A DNA stretch of 53,529 bases, the filler included, from Sluysia triapertura (Eukaryota), in NCBI GenBank assembly GCA_046118255.1. It is 3 parts of 3 records of this genome, joined end to end, with 100 filler letters (N's around TTAATTAATTAA, not from the genome) between each part and the next. Parts side by side here need not be neighbours in the genome. Positions count along the whole stretch, not along the records: positions 37,288 to 53,529 come from JBJNIA010202152.1; 2 more parts are not named here. One strand, written 5' to 3'. A program made the translations under genes and the position numbers. Of this stretch, positions 52,328 to 53,529 are shown one piece after another. The notes under the pieces are model-generated. The model made no database searches. It was not told where the DNA came from and saw nothing but the letters and a program-made list of their open reading frames with translations. The first letter of the stretch is position 1. Every line of letters starts with the position of its first letter.

Positions 52328-53529
52328 ATGAATGATGATTTAGTTACACCATATATTAATATCGATGTGAAATTAATGATGTTTTCAACACATGTCTTAA
52401 CCGGCTTTTTATGTCATTCTATTCACTATATGATGATAATTGGTAGGGAACAAAAGGATAAAGAATTTTCTTCGCTATTATGAGTTATCGATAGTGTAAA
52501 AGTTGTCAACGATCTTACTATTGTGTTAAGAACCAACCATTTTAAAATGTATAATTTGGATTTATCAAAGGAGTTATTTGAAGAATTAAACAATTTAATG
52601 TTATTTTTTATTAAGACTATTAACAACGAAAAGATAGATGATTTATATCCATTTGTAGTTGAACCAATTTTCAAGATTAATATAAATTGTTGGAATCGAG
52701 TTATATCAAACCATAAATTCCTAAAATCTTTAATATCAAGAAAGTGGGCCCACCTTCCGAATTCATTTTGTTCTAACAATTACAATTATGGTAAATATAT
52801 TGTGTTTCCTTTTTATAATAATCATGAAAATATTTTTATGCCTTTTAGAATGCATGTTAATAATCAAATTTCAGTTTTAGTATATTATCATGAAACAAAT
52901 GGTCGTAGTTTAATGAATTGTAGTCGATATTCAAATGTGGCATTAAAAATTAGTTTCGTCCATCCGATAATTAGATTATTGTTTCGTCATTATGAATTAG
53001 TACATTTAAGAATAAAATCCACGGTAGGAGTTAATCTATCAAAGAATGATAATTTAGTATTCTATAAAGTGCCAAATATACTGACAGATATTCTCAAGTT
53101 ATTCGAAATTAGACATGATAACCACCACATTAATGTTACCAACCAGAATGTAAGTCAATATTGGTCACGATTAGCTTTCAATAAATGGTCCTACCAAATA
53201 CCAAACTTATCTCGAGTTAGTCACATTTTAGTTCAATCAATTCTGAGTAATCTTGGTAGAACCTACTTATTTGTGAGCAAAAACAAATATGATTATGTAC
53301 TAATTTTGTCAAATACTGTACAATTGGTTTTACTACCAGAGATTACAACTATACAAGGTAGTCATCGATACATCTTGGCATTAACAAAAGGTACAAGTAC
53401 TATAACAAACAATTTTTATGAATGTTTAGGTAAATTCAATTTTGTTAGTTTTAAAGTAATTTGTATATCTAACTATTTTTTAGCTTATTTAGGAAAACGC
53501 GGAATCATAAAATGTTGGCGAGTGGGATG
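52328..53529 (+). CDS. Long intronless ORF of at least 400 codons with one TGA at codon 52; runs off the window; unknown product
   Basis: Hand translation from ATG 52328 shows a single stop at 52481-52483, then 348 open codons to the window end in very AT-rich DNA. Absent from the ORF track. Confidence 0.75.

Noticed and set aside
52426-52779. Minus-strand 117-aa ORF (likewise 172-393, 29502-29792, 32484-32855, 34638-35089, 38901-39116, 49282-49533)
   Set aside because: Antisense shadows of better-supported frames on the opposite strand.

Overview
This is very AT-rich eukaryotic (metazoan) genomic DNA. A planarian or other flatworm origin is plausible but is only my inference. The window contains two artificial 100-bp joins (N44-TTAATTAATTAA-N44) and one 601-N gap, so adjacency across them is unproven. 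Bases 1-10.4 kb carry the last four recognisable exons of a spliced type I PI4P 5-kinase gene (PIP5K1). Bases 20.8-24.7 kb are a degenerate Ty3/Gypsy pol (minus strand) that continues in frame into a two-part membrane glycoprotein region (env-like). From about 25 kb onward the window is a nest of mobile-element debris: mariner, hAT, an RLE-type LINE, a Polinton-like integrase and tRNA-Ala-derived sequence. It also holds several diverged copies of an LTR-like unit that starts TGT(G/A)(G/A)TG(G/A)(C/T)CAAC. One copy directly follows a gypsy integrase tail and polypurine tract. These units have a C/A-skewed leader, and three copies share paired hairpins. They are followed by different intronless, mostly decayed ORFs: Roquin-like ROQ+CCCH, a DEAD-box helicase, IQSEC-like Sec7-PH, and an unknown ORF of at least 400 codons. 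The best candidate for a new system is a gypsy family whose multi-kb LTRs carry captured host genes. All protein assignments are by-eye motif recognition, not database results.
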